NCBI GenBank assembly: GCA_951406725.2 | Contig: OX597831.1 | Span: 19,716,001-19,780,000, forward strand | Reading direction: 5' to 3' | Source: Octopus vulgaris | Taxonomy: Eukaryota | Length of the DNA: 64,000 bases | In this document: positions 39,212 through 51,261 of the stretch, piece after piece | Layout of the letters: every line of letters begins with the position of its first letter | Numbering within the stretch: the stretch's first letter is position 1 | Program-made: the position numbers and the translations under genes | The notes under the pieces: model-generated | Seen by the model: the letters and a program-made list of their open reading frames with translations, nothing else | Databases searched by the model: none | What the model was told of the DNA's origin: nothing

Positions 39212-39416
39212 CAGGGTGTCCCAGAAGTCGCGCACCACCCTGGTGCTTTAAAAGAATATACCCTTACTGATTTCAAAAACACTTTATTGAAATTAATCGT
39301 AACAAATGATCAAATTAAGCAACTCTACAATAAAACATGAAGAAAAAATATAAAATAAATTGCCTTAATTATTTTTAATGAAAACCAGAACGGCACGTGA
39401 CTTCTTGGACACCCTG
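39212..39416. mobile_element. Tc1/mariner MITE
   Basis: 21-bp TIRs cagggtgtcccagaagtcgcg / cgtgacttcttggacaccctg, TA on both sides. Confidence 0.85.
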
Positions 39417-39457
39417 TATATATGTGTGCGTGTGTGTGTGTGGTTGTGTGTGTATGT

Positions 39458-39499
<42 letters not shown>

Positions 39500-39765
39500 A
39501 GGTTGAATAAAAATTCATCCTTTATTTTGCGGGGTTCCAAAGGGCGATTCCTCACAGATTCTTCATATATCTTACTAGTAGCTTACTGGTGGGAGATTTA
39601 TGAGAATTTATGGAAAGGTATTCCATAGAAACTCAACGAATTTGTATAATTCGGAGAAGAGAAGATAAAATTTGAAAGAAATTGAAAAATTTCTTTCAAA
39701 TTCTAACATCTCTTCATTTTTAACCATAAATTCTCATAACATACCATATACACACACACACACAC

Positions 39766-39842
<77 letters not shown>

Positions 39843-39845
<3 letters not shown>

Positions 39846-41243
39846 GAGAAGCTGTTTAATCCGACCAGGGAGAAGCTGTTTAACCCGACCAGGGAGAAGC
39901 TGTTTAACTCAGCTCCTACAACACTATGACTGGGTGCTGAAACGACTGCTCAACCACTCAAATGTGGAAGTGATATATCTCGACTTTGCAAAGGCCTTTG
40001 ATAAAGTCGATCATAGAATGATATGTCACAAACTGCGTGATCTAAACATAGTTGGAAAACTGGGAGAATGGCTTCATGACTTTCTGAAGGATAGAAGTCA
40101 GTTGGTAGTAGCCAATGGGGCCACTTCCATTAACACACAAATAGTGAGCGGTGTTCCGCAGGGCACTGTTCTGGGACCACTACTGTTCATAATGGCCCTC
40201 TCAGACATGCCCTCAGCCACGCAGAGAGCCACGATCACAAGTTATGCAGATGATACAAAAGTTTCACAGGCAATACAGAACCCTGAGGACACTATACGCC
40301 TGCAATGTGAGCTGGACGAAATATACAAGTGGGCTGAAAAGAATAGCATGCAGTTCAATGCTGGAAAGTTTCAAGCTTTATACTATCAGCATGCAAAACT
40401 GAATGCAATACCCAATGAATACACTGGACCCGGAGGGATTGCAATCCCAGAGGCACAATCAGTGCGTGACCTGGGTATTCACATGAGTGATGACGCAACC
40501 TTTCATGTACTTGTTGCTAAACTGACAATGAAATGTAGACGGCTGGCTGGATGGATTCTTAGAACCTTTAGAACAAGAGAACAAGAAACCATGATGGTCC
40601 TCTGGAAGACACTTGTCCTAAGCCACTTTGACTATTGCTCTCAGCTATGGTCACCATCCAGTGTCAAGTTGATCACAGAACTTGAGGCGATCCAACGAAG
40701 CTACACAAAGAAGATAGCCTCTATGCAGAATGTAAGCTACTGGGAAAGACTCAAGAGATTAAAGCTCTATTCCCTGGAGCGTAGGCGAGAAAGATATGCC
40801 ATAATATACATCTGGAAGATCCTGGAAGGCCTTGTCCCAGACTTTGGCATCGAGAGTCACACAAATGCCAGAACCGGACGCCACTGTGTAGTACCAAGGA
40901 CTCCAAATTTGCCATCAAGATGTAGGACAAGATATTGTGATAGCCTGGGCTTCAGAGGCCCACGGCTCTTCAATATCCTCCCGAAGAACCTGAGGGACCT
41001 GCATGGTGTGGATGCGGATGTCTTTAAAGTAGGACTGGATCTCTTCCTGTCAGGTGTCCCGGATGAACCAACTTCACGGCAGGAGGTGCAGATGAGAGCA
41101 GCTGCATCGAACTCTCTCATGCACCAGATGGCGTTTGCCAACAAACATCCGTGAGGTAAAACCGTGTAGCAAACCAAATGGCGGTGGCCCAGCATGGCCA
41201 CAGCTCATTAGCTGAAACTGGAAAAATCAAAATCAAAATCAAA

Positions 41244-41247
<4 letters not shown>
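39843..41247 (+). mobile_element. 5'-truncated CR1-group LINE inserted in (TA)n
   Basis: RT ORF, short 3' UTR hairpin, (AAAATC)n tail; (TA)n on both flanks. Confidence 0.9.
39934..41154 (+). CDS. LINE ORF2 C-terminal part (reverse transcriptase)
   Basis: IYLDFAKAFDKVDH, SGVPQGTVLGPLLF, YADDTK, VRDLG, DYCSQLWSP, LYSLERRRER; frame extends upstream to RPGRSCLTQLL. Confidence 0.92.
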   Translation: MLKRLLNHSNVEVIYLDFAKAFDKVDHRMICHKLRDLNIVGKLGEWLHDFLKDRSQLVVANGATSINTQIVSGVPQGTVLGPLLFIMALSDMPSATQRATITSYADDTKVSQAIQNPEDTIRLQCELDEIYKWAEKNSMQFNAGKFQALYYQHAKLNAIPNEYTGPGGIAIPEAQSVRDLGIHMSDDATFHVLVAKLTMKCRRLAGWILRTFRTREQETMMVLWKTLVLSHFDYCSQLWSPSSVKLITELEAIQRSYTKKIASMQNVSYWERLKRLKLYSLERRRERYAIIYIWKILEGLVPDFGIESHTNARTGRHCVVPRTPNLPSRCRTRYCDSLGFRGPRLFNILPKNLRDLHGVDADVFKVGLDLFLSGVPDEPTSRQEVQMRAAASNSLMHQMAFANKHP

Positions 41248-41330
<83 letters not shown>

Positions 41331-41362
41331 TTTATTTAAGGTAGCAGAAAATTCAACAAAAC

Positions 41363-41400
41363 CTGTTACTCTGAGTTTCACGTTCCCGTTCGTCGGACAG
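41363..41400 (-). ncRNA. Hammerhead motif (CCGACGA core variant)
   Basis: Inverted copy of 41407-41444. Confidence 0.7.
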
Positions 41401-41406
41401 GAAAAA

Positions 41407-41444
41407 CTGTCCGACGAACGGGAACGTGAAACTCAGAGTAACAG
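41407..41444 (+). ncRNA. Hammerhead motif (CCGACGA core variant)
   Basis: CUGU-CCGACGA-ACG GGAA CGU-GAAACU CAG AGUA/ACAG. Confidence 0.7.
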
Positions 41445-41551
41445 GTTTTGTTGAATTTTCTGCTGCTTTAAATAAAGCATATTACTCTACTCCACCACTG
41501 GTATTTGAGTACTCTTTTTTCCACTTTGTTTCACATTTATGTGTTTACTCC

Positions 41552-41619
<68 letters not shown>

Positions 41620-41627
<8 letters not shown>

Positions 41628-42225
41628 TGAGAATGTGTGTCTGTCTGTATGTGTGTTTCCCTAAAACTTGAGAACTGCACAACCAATTTCATTCAAATTT
41701 TACACATGCCTTACTTAGGGTCCATGTAGATTCATGAGCAAAAAAAAATGTTCAACTTCTTGCCTGGGGCGAGCCCATAGCAATATCATATATTCTCCAC
41801 TATTTCAGTATTACGTGTTAAAAGTGAAACAAAAACATTTCTCTATTCTATGTCAGATACTTTCATTTTAACAATAAAAATTAGAGATAATAATAACAAT
41901 TGAATTATATGTAGTAAGTAATAATTAAAATCAAACTAAAGTATAATATAATCGTAACATAACAAAAGTAAAAAAAGACAACTGGTATAAAATTGCATCA
42001 ATGACTTGAACTTGAATAAGTGGTTTCACATGAATGGGAATAAATTGAAAATAAAATTGGTGTGCAGAAATGGAATAGTCCAGATGGAGCTGTGCACATA
42101 CCGTTTACCACAGCTTTTACATTAGATTATCTGCTAATTAGTTAGCATTAAGTATCTATATGAGGTTTGGCTGTATGTATTGTCTGTTTTCTCGAACAGC
42201 CGGTTCTACTGAGTACTGCCGTTAG
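41620..42225 (+). mobile_element. Possible non-autonomous Helitron-like element
   Basis: 5' tatataaaactgagaatgtgtgtctgtctgt style start; decayed 3' end ...actgccgttagt. Confidence 0.35.
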
Positions 42226-42444
42226 TTTATTCCGTATACATAAAGGACTATAGCTTCAACTGCTATAGTAAAAAATAGTAAAAAATAGTAAAAAAGGTGT
42301 GCGAGATGACAAGTGTGTGTGTGTGAGTGTGTGCGTGTGTGTGTGCGTGTGTGTGTGTGCATGGTGGACAATGGCTAGTAGCAGGCCGTAGTAGAATTAA
42401 GGGGTGGTGTGGGGGTACCCTAGCAAGTCAGAAAGGCAGGTCAG

Positions 42445-44620
42445 AAACAGGGAGGTATGTGTGTGTGTGCGTGTATATGTATCGTGTGTGTGTTTTGTTG
42501 TAGTATGTGTGTGTGTACGTGTGCGTTTTGTTGTGTGTATGGCGAGTAACTGTGCTTGACTTAGTGTAGGTGTGCGTGTGTGCTTGTACGTGCGTGTGTG
42601 CTTGTACGTGCGTGTGTGCTTGTACGTGCGTGTGTGTGTATATATACGTATGTATAATTGTGTGCGTGTATGTATGGTTGTGTGCCGTATGGGATGTATG
42701 TGTGGGTTCATTTGTGTGTGTGTGCGTGTGTATGTATATGCGTGTAGTTGTGTGTACGTGTATGTGTGCTTTTGTATGTGTGTGTGTAAGCGTAAATGGA
42801 TATATATGCGTGTATCCGTGGGGTTGTGAGTTTCTTTTTGCACGTGTGCGTGCGTATGTGTGCGCATGCATGTGTGCGCATGTGCATGCGAGTGTGTATG
42901 TAGGTATGTGTGTGTGTATGTATGTATGTATGTGTGTATGTAAGTATGTGTGTGTATGTGTATGTGTATGTGTGTATCTGTGAGTGCGTCTATGTATGTG
43001 TGTATGTATGTATGTATATGTGTGTGTATGTATGTATGTATGTATGTACGTGTGTATACGTGTATGTGTGTAAGTGAGTGTGTATGTATGTATGTATATG
43101 TGTGTGTGTATGTATGTATCTGTGCATGCGTGTATGTGTGTATGTATGTATGTATGTGTGCATGCGTGTATGTGTGCATGCGTGTATGTATGTATGTATG
43201 TATGTATGCATGCATGTGCTCATGTATGTGTGTGTGTATGCATGTGTGTATGTATATGTGTATGTGCGTATGTGTGTGTGTGTATGTATGTGTGTGTATG
43301 TATGTGTGTGTATGTATGTGTGTGTATGTATGTATGTGTGTATGCGTGTGTGTATATATGTATGTGTGTATGTATGTGTGTATGTATGTATGTATGTGTA
43401 TGTGTATATTTGTGTGTGTGTATGTATGTATGTATGTATGTATGAATGAAAGTATGAATGTATGTATGTATGTGTGTGTACGTATGTGTGTGTACGTATG
43501 TGTGTGTACGTATGTGTGTGTACGTATGTGTGTGTACGTATGTGTGTGTGTGTGAATGTATGCGTGTGTGCGTGGGGTTTCCTCTGGAGTTGTGTGGGCG
43601 TAGTGTAGGTATGTATGCGTGTGTGTGTGTGTATGTATGCGTGTGCGTCTGTATGTGGGTGTGTATGTATGTTTGTGTGTGTGTATGTATGTGTGAGTGT
43701 ATGTGTGTATGTCTGTATGTATGTATGTATTATGTCTTGTGTATGTATGTCTTGTGTATGTATGTATGTGTGTGTATGTGTGTGTGTATGTGTGTGTGTG
43801 TGTGTGTATGTGTGTTAGTGTGTGTGCGTGTGTGTATGTAGGTATATATGTGTGCGCGCGTGCATGCATGCATGTATGTGTGTATGTATGTATACACACA
43901 CACACACAACACACACACACGCACACATATGGGGCCGGCCGCACCCCATGCGCGCGAGAACGCGCGTGCGCGAGAGAGCGCGGACTCACAAGCACCCACA
44001 CCAAAAAAAACGGGAACTCCATCAATCCCTCAACTAAAAAGCGTGCACCTGGATACAAATATATGTATATGTGTGTGGGCATGCGTGTAAGCGTGTGCGT
44101 ATGTATGCATGTATGTGTGCATGTGTGTGTGTGTATGTATGTATGTATGTAAGTATGTATGTATGTACGTATGTGTGTGTGTATGTGTGTATGTATATGT
44201 GTATGTGCATATGTGTGTGTGTATGTGTGTGTAAGTATGTATGTGTGTGTGTGAATGTATGTATGTGTGTGTACGTATGTATGTGTGTGTGTGTGTGTGA
44301 ATGTATGCGTGTGTTCGTGGGTTTTCCTCTGGGTTTGTGTGGGCGTAATTTACATGCGCGTGACGTGCGTGTATGTGCGTGTGTGTCTCTACTGGGTGTT
44401 TATAAAGGTGTGCGTATCTGTATGGGTATTGTTTTGTTGGTGTGTGTGCACGGGCATGTGTGTGTGCGCGTGGGGGTGTGTGGGGGGTGTATAGGTGTGG
44501 AAGTATGTGTGCGTACAAGTGCGTGTAGGTTGTATGTGTGTGGTGTATTGGAGGTAGGTGTGTGGAAGTAGGTATGTGGGGGGTGTTCGAGGATATGTGG
44601 GTATGCGTGTGTGTGTTACT
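42445..44620. repeat. Compound (TG)/(TATG) field downstream of the PLE ORF
   Basis: Direct read; block at 43550-43605 duplicated at 44296-44350. Confidence 0.85.
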
Positions 44621-44681
44621 GTATAAGGATTTAAAAAAAGAAAAGGAGGAGAGGGGGAGAAAGAGAGGTGGCGCGTAGTCA

Positions 44682-46005
44682 CTAAGAGGAGGGGGCTGTG
44701 TTGAGTCCGTGTGGGGTATTGGTTTGTAGAGTGAAGATGAAACGTTGCTCCAAGTGGAGCCTGGATTGTGGAAGACCGTTGTGTGGGGCGAGACCAAACA
44801 CAGAGATGTCATCGGGGGAATGGCTGGCCGAGCGGAAGTGACGTGCGACGGGAGAAAGGGACCGTAGGCGAACATCCCTCAGATGTTCGGCGAGTCGGTC
44901 TGACAACCGGCGTCCGGTCTGTCCTATATACAGCATTCCGCAGAGGTTGCATTTAATACAGTATATGAGGCCAGACGAAGTGCACGTAAAAGAATGTCTG
45001 ATACGTACAGTTCGCTGGTTGGAGCCGGTGACAGCAGTGGTGTTGGTGATGAAGGGGCAGGTGTTGCAGCGGGATCTAGAGCACGGGAATTATCCGTGTG
45101 GGGCTGAGGGGGAAGAAGAGAGGGTTCTATAGACCAGGAGGTCGCGTAGATTCCGGGCTCGTTTGAAGGAGGACAGGGGTAGGTTGGGGAAAATGGGGCG
45201 TGTCGTGGGATCGCGCTGGAGGCGACGGAAGGCACGTAGTATCTTCCGAGGAAGGGGTAGAGTAGAGGGGTGGAAAATGAGGGGAAAGGGGGTGCGGTTG
45301 GGGGTGTGAAAGGAAGGAGAAAGGGTGGTGGTGCGGTCGATGCGATGGGCGCGGGCGAGGGCATTTGAGACTAGTGTAGGTGGGTATCCTCGGTGCCTGA
45401 ACAGGCGGGCCAGGTATTGAGATTTGGTCTCGAAATTCTTGTCGCGGCTGCACAAGCATCGGAGGCGGAGGAACTGGGAGTAAGGGATGGCCCGTTTGGT
45501 GTGGAAGGGGTGGGAGGAGGAGAAGTTGAGATAGAGGTGGGAATCCGTGGGTTTAAAGAAGGCGGAGGTGGTGAGAGAGTGGGAGGGGTGGTCGATGCTG
45601 AGAGAGATATCAAGGAAGTTGACAGAGGTGTTGGAGATGGTTGAAGTGAATTGTAGAGAGGGGTGGAAGTTGGAGAGGAAAGAGATGAATTGGCAGAGAT
45701 GTTCGCAGGAAAGGGAGGTGGCGCCTATGCAGTCGTCTATATAGCGACCGTATAGTTCGGGGGTCGGCCCGGAGAATTGGGAGAATACTTGGGCCTCAAT
45801 GTGGCCAAGAATGAGATTGGCGAAATTGGGGACCATTCTCGTTCCCATCGCGACCCCGGACAGCTGCTGGTAAGTTTCCCCGGCGAACGTGAAACAGTTG
45901 AGGGTGAGGACGAGCTCTGCCAGGCGGAGAAGGGTGGGGGTGCTGGCGGTGGGGTCGGGACGACGGTCGAGGAAGTGTTGGAGAGCTAAGAGACCGTCGT
46001 TGTGA
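44682..46005 (-). mobile_element. GC-rich Neptune-like PLE, 5'-truncated at (TA)n
   Basis: [13 protein letters not shown]...[50 protein letters not shown]; GIY-YIG LYIGQTGRRLSDRLAEH...PVARHF. Confidence 0.92.
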
Positions 46006-46192
46006 TATGGATATATATATATATAGATATAGATATATACATATACATATAGATGTAGATATATACATATAGATATAGATATATACATATATATATACAT
46101 ATACATATATATATATGTATATAGATATATTTATGGATATATATAAATATATGGATATATATATGTTTATATATATATATATATACATATAC

Positions 46193-46229
<37 letters not shown>

Positions 46230-46399
46230 CATATATATATATATAATTATATATATATATATATATATACGTATATGTATGTGTATATATATATATATAT
46301 ATAAATATAAATATATATATGTATATGTATGTATATATATATATATATACATATGTATGTATATATATATATATATGTATATATATATGTGTATGTATG

Positions 46400-46800
46400 T
46401 ATATATATCTATATATGTATGTCAGGTCACTTTCGAGTGCTACTGGTAACATGTAACCCAGTACAACCTGTTGCATGGTCGTGTCGTCGGCGACTAAACC
46501 GGCAACCCCACCAAGCTTACTTGGTGATGAGGGTGTATATTAGCTGTAAAACAAAACCCGTCTAAGGGCGAAGTAACTCTTGAGAGTCAACGACCATCCA
46601 ATAAATGTCTTAAGGTTGTATCATGCGCGGGGACATAGAAATAATCGGACTGAATACCCGATCGCGCGGTTAAACCATTGGGAGTGAGGGACTCCTAGCC
46701 TTTGTTAGGGCATCCTTCTAGGAGAAGGTAACTCAGGTAACTGGGATAACTCCGACATAAAACCTGCGGCTCAGTTGTTACCGATGATGTTGAGTTGTTC
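46400..46800 (+). mobile_element. Possible RTE-type 5' UTR or non-autonomous derivative
   Basis: gtgtcgtcggcgactaaa and ggcatccttctaggagaaggtaactc resemble RTE 5' UTR motifs from memory; no ORF. Confidence 0.4.
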
Positions 46801-47770
46801 ATCACAAAACCTCGCTAAGCTATGTATATATTTATATTTAAGATCTTTAAATTTTAAATTTTAATATTTTATAAGTCTTATGGTGTAATATTATTGTTTT
46901 TTTATGTAAATATCGTTGTTTATGTAATGATCTAATTATCGTAATTTTCTATATAATTATTAGATAGTAACTTTAAGTTTATTCGTAAGAATTTACTTAG
47001 CGATAGATATGTTGTTTGATAGCAAGTATACGAGTTGTTTAAAGTTAGGTTTCATGTATATATACGTATTAATAGTATTAATTGTAGTTTTAAATTTCTT
47101 ATAATTATTATTTTAACTTATATATTGTCTTTTTAAATTGATATTTGCGAGTTTTATTATTCCCATTGATAAATATATTTATAGTATTTATTTGATACTA
47201 TATAACTACGAATTGATTATTTCTTTAAGTATTTTAAATATAAGATTACTGTAAGTTACTATTTAGCCAACGAGATATAAAAATAGTTAATTTGCTATAG
47301 CGTTCGTTTAAGATTGTTTGTTTGTATTTTTGAAATTAGCTATTTCATCTTTAAATATGAAAAATTAATTTATTAGGTCTTTATTATATGTGCATATATA
47401 TTTATTTATAGAGATTATTTTAGATCTTAATTATAATATTTATATACATTTATATATTTTCATTGATAATTTATATATTATTTAAATTTTATATTTTTAA
47501 TAATATAATAGCCTTTTTTTTGTAAAATATTTATGTAATTAGATATTGACTATTACTGATATTAGATTATTGGTGGGTTTCTTACCTTAAAAATTAATAC
47601 TTAAAAATTAAAATTAATATTTAACATTGTAATCGATTTTTTGATATAATCATAATCGTTAAGTTTCTAGTTTGATAATAGAGTTTTTTTATAAGTAAAA
47701 TTATTATATTATTTATTTCTTAAAAAATATTGTTTAAATATTTCTGATTATTTATTAAAATATTACAATT

Positions 47771-47864
47771 AACCTGAAGATTGACTGTAACCATAATTCG
47801 AATTATTAATTGAATTTAAATTATTGTTATTCGAATTGGTTACGGACATGAAACGATCGTAGTG
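47771..47864 (+). ncRNA. Type I minimal hammerhead with long stem II
   Basis: AAC-CUGAAGA-...CUGUAACCA.AAUUCGAAU...AUUCGAAUUGGUUACGG...-GAAAC-GAUC-GUA/GU; palindromic loop III; weak stem I; module ends in (TA)n at about 48030. Confidence 0.75.
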
Positions 47865-48028
47865 TTTTTACTCTTTATCTTACATTAACTTTTAATACTT
47901 TTTGAAAGTTATATATTTAAAAAAACAAATAAATAAATAAAATAAAATAATAATTAATTTTATTTCTATGTATTGGCTTATGATTTTCGTTGTTTGATTT
48001 GCCTAATAGTGGTTTTATCTCTAATTTA

Positions 48029-48095
<67 letters not shown>

Positions 48096-48229
48096 ACTTA
48101 GAATAACTTAGAAAGGTTTTGGCCAGTATTGGCCCAGGCCATGTCTAACTTAATAGCACCACCTGGCGAAATCTTTTAATTCAGGATTTGGGCACCAAGG
48201 CCCATTCGAGCAGAGAGTTATTGTTTGCG

Positions 48230-48412
48230 AAGAGTTTACGAAAAAACAAAAGACGAAGACAGGTGGTGTACAAAACAAACAGATGTATTAGTTCAACGCT
48301 CAGGAATAGAAAAAGTCTTTTACGTTTCGAACTTATGCTCTTCTACAGAAAGGGACACAGAAAAAACAAGGAGAAAAAATGTGTATGGTGGCTAACGATC
48401 TATTATGGCGAC
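48230..48412 (-). mobile_element. PLE terminal fragment with atypical hammerhead-like motif
   Basis: Reverse complement matches 55742-55905. Confidence 0.7.
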
Positions 48413-48422
48413 TAGTAAATAC

Positions 48423-48560
48423 TCTTACTCTTTTTGTTTCAGTCATTTAACTGCGGCCATGCTGGAGCACCGCCTTTAATCGAGCAACTCGACCCCGGGA
48501 CTTATTCTTTTGTAAGCCCAGTACTTATTCTATCGGTCTCTTTTGCCGAACCGCTAAGTT
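48423..48560 (-). mobile_element. SINE family A 3' fragment
   Basis: Reverse complement of the family A tail. Confidence 0.8.
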
Positions 48561-50616
48561 ATATATATATAAATATATATATATATACATGTATATATAA
48601 ATATATATATATAAATACATATATATATACTGATGTATATGTATAGATGTATTTCTATAGATATACATGTATATGTAAACATGTATGTCTAGATGTATAT
48701 ATAGATGTACATGTAATATGTACACATATATATACACATATATACATGCATACATATATACACCCATACACACATACCGATACACCCACCCACACACACA
48801 CGCGAACACACACACACAGGTGCAGGTGTGGCTGTGTGGTAACAAACTTGGTTCCAAAACACTTAGTCCTCAATTCAGTCCCACTGTGTGGTAACTTGGC
48901 ATGTGTCTTCTGCTATAGCCTCAGACCAACCAGAGCTCGCTCTGGGCGACTGTACACAGCTACCAGCCCACAGTCGACGCTATGGGGGTTGGGTTGAGAG
49001 GAAAGAATTTCCATTATATATTGAGAACTATAGCGCGAAGGCAGCATAAAAACAACAACTCTTCCTCAATTGTTGGCAGATTTACCTACTCCGCATTGCG
49101 AGCAGTGCAACAAGAAGCGTCTTTGTCAAAGCAAATTAAATAAAATTTGAGATACGTGGAACGTCAAAGCTGCTAACAAAAACAGGACAGTGAAAGCATT
49201 CGGTAAGAGCTGTTTAACCCTAACGAGGTGAAGTGGTGAACGCTGGAGAAAAAAAGCTTTGTCAAGAGACCGACAAGAATGCGTCTTATAGTTATAAACT
49301 GAACGAGAAGGAAAAGAATTACATTCAGAAATAGAGATCTATAATTATTGAGGACAGAATTTGAGTTAGAAATAGAGAACTGGCCAAAACCTTTCTAAGT
49401 TATTATATATATATATATGGGAGTGAACGTGTCAATAAGAATTTCCACAATTGTTAAGCATAATCTTAAAGATGCCATGGAAGCAAGATAAGTCAAGTAA
49501 CCCTTTTTACTATAGACAGAAGGCCTGAAATATTAGTGGGGGGAGCAAGACAATTATATCGACCCAAGTGCTCAACTGGTACTTATTTAATCGACCCCAA
49601 AACGATGAAAGGTAAAGTCAACCTCGACGGAAGAAACGTCAAATAATAACAAAATGCCATTATGGATTTCAAAACAGAAATAAAGACCATTGGCGTAGAG
49701 AAAATCATAAAATATTGGTGATGCATATAAATTGTAAATAAATAAATCGCTATACTTCTCAGTAACACAATATGAAAAATAAATATAAAAATAAACAAAA
49801 ATTGAAACGTTTTGTTGTGAGGAAACTTGTTTAAGGGATATCAGTATACGCACCAACATCCTTTTAATAAGAGTAAAAATGCACCTGAAAGAAAAATGTC
49901 TTAAGAAATTCGGTCGCAATCAATCGGTAGTCTACGCAGAGGAATGAAAAGAGAGTAAATAAATTTCTTGAGAAAATTATGGAGAATGACCTTAACTCTG
50001 ATGTGATATGTCTAAAAGAATTCCAAAGTAAGTAATGACATTGAATTACCTCAAAGGTATTCTGTCACTGCCAATAACTTGATAATGGTGGTATCCTTGA
50101 GACTATGATAATTCCAAAGGTGGTAATTTGGAGTAAGATAATAATCTACTATAGAAATAGTTAACGAATTGAATTAACAGAATATCTGCCCAAGGAAAGG
50201 TTGGGAATCACTGGAGAAGTGAATATCCTCAACCACAGCAGTTTACTGCTGCTTTAATTTACACGCGTCGAAAGCTAGAAAGGCATAACTGATGTCAGCG
50301 GGAATTGAACTCAGAACCTAAAGGATATGGAATAAACATTGATTAATAAACGACTCCAGTATTTGAATGCTACAATATATATATCGGGTGCAGAGAAATT
50401 GCGAGTGGTGGGGTGGATAGCTGCGCTGAGAGTTGAACTTAGAACGTAAGGGAGCATGCAGAACATCGTATCGCAGAGCAATAAAAAGCGAAAAAGCAGC
50501 AAACAATAAACAAACTCCGGCGCCAGGTTTTGCTGTTGCTTCCAATGATATTACAGAACACAAGAGATACGGGACAAAATGTGTGTGTGTGTGTAATGAC
50601 ACACACACAAACACAA

Positions 50617-50700
<84 letters not shown>

Positions 50701-50814
50701 AATTTTATGTGCTGAATTTTATTTTATTTGAGAACATAATCTTTGTGGAGAATGGCGATTTGACGTCTATATCTAGCATGTTGACTGTCCACTTTTCGTG
50801 TTCAGTCCTTAATT

Positions 50815-50868
<54 letters not shown>

Positions 50869-50875
50869 AAATATT

Positions 50876-51012
50876 GAATTTCTAAATCTCTCATAGAGAC
50901 ATGTACGGTGGTGGGGCGATAGAATGGTTGCATACTGTCAATCTAATAAGAACGTGACAGTAGGGGGTACACCACCGCTGTATAGCCCTAGGAAGCATCG
51001 AACGCCTCCTGA
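50876..51012. mobile_element. Structured (TA)n-adjacent repeat (single arm of the 8980-9180 family)
   Basis: High identity to 8980-9088. Confidence 0.75.
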
Positions 51013-51073
51013 TGGCTTTGACACATTTTCCCCTCTGACCTTATATACATATACGAAGGGGAGACAAACACCC

Positions 51074-51159
51074 CCGGCTGCCGGAACTGCATCTAGGGAC
51101 ACCGTGTTTCAGGATCGTTGTCCTTCATCGGCCTAGAGTAGCAGACACCGGTCAGCCGG
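51074..51159 (-). ncRNA. Type I hammerhead with extended stem I
   Basis: CCGGCUG.CCGG..CUGC..UCUAGG-CCGAUGA-AGGA CAACGA UCCU-GAAACA CGG UGUC/CCUAGA.GCAG..CCGGCAGCCGG. Confidence 0.8.
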
Positions 51160-51223
51160 TGATATTTGCCTCTACTTCGTAATTGTATATATCTATATTC
51201 AGTGAAGTCTATTCACTGATTAT

Positions 51224-51258
<35 letters not shown>

Positions 51259-51261
<3 letters not shown>

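Larger units (their letters stand above)
41327..41553. mobile_element. Palindromic double-hammerhead mini-element in (TA)n
   Basis: 74-bp arms 41327-41400 and 41407-41480 (2 mismatches); right arm continues to ...ttactccgg; same family as 63389-63615. Confidence 0.85.

Noticed and set aside
46420-46600. HDV-like ribozyme in the putative RTE 5' UTR
   Set aside because: Could not assign nested P1/P2/P3/P1.1 by eye; needs a descriptor search
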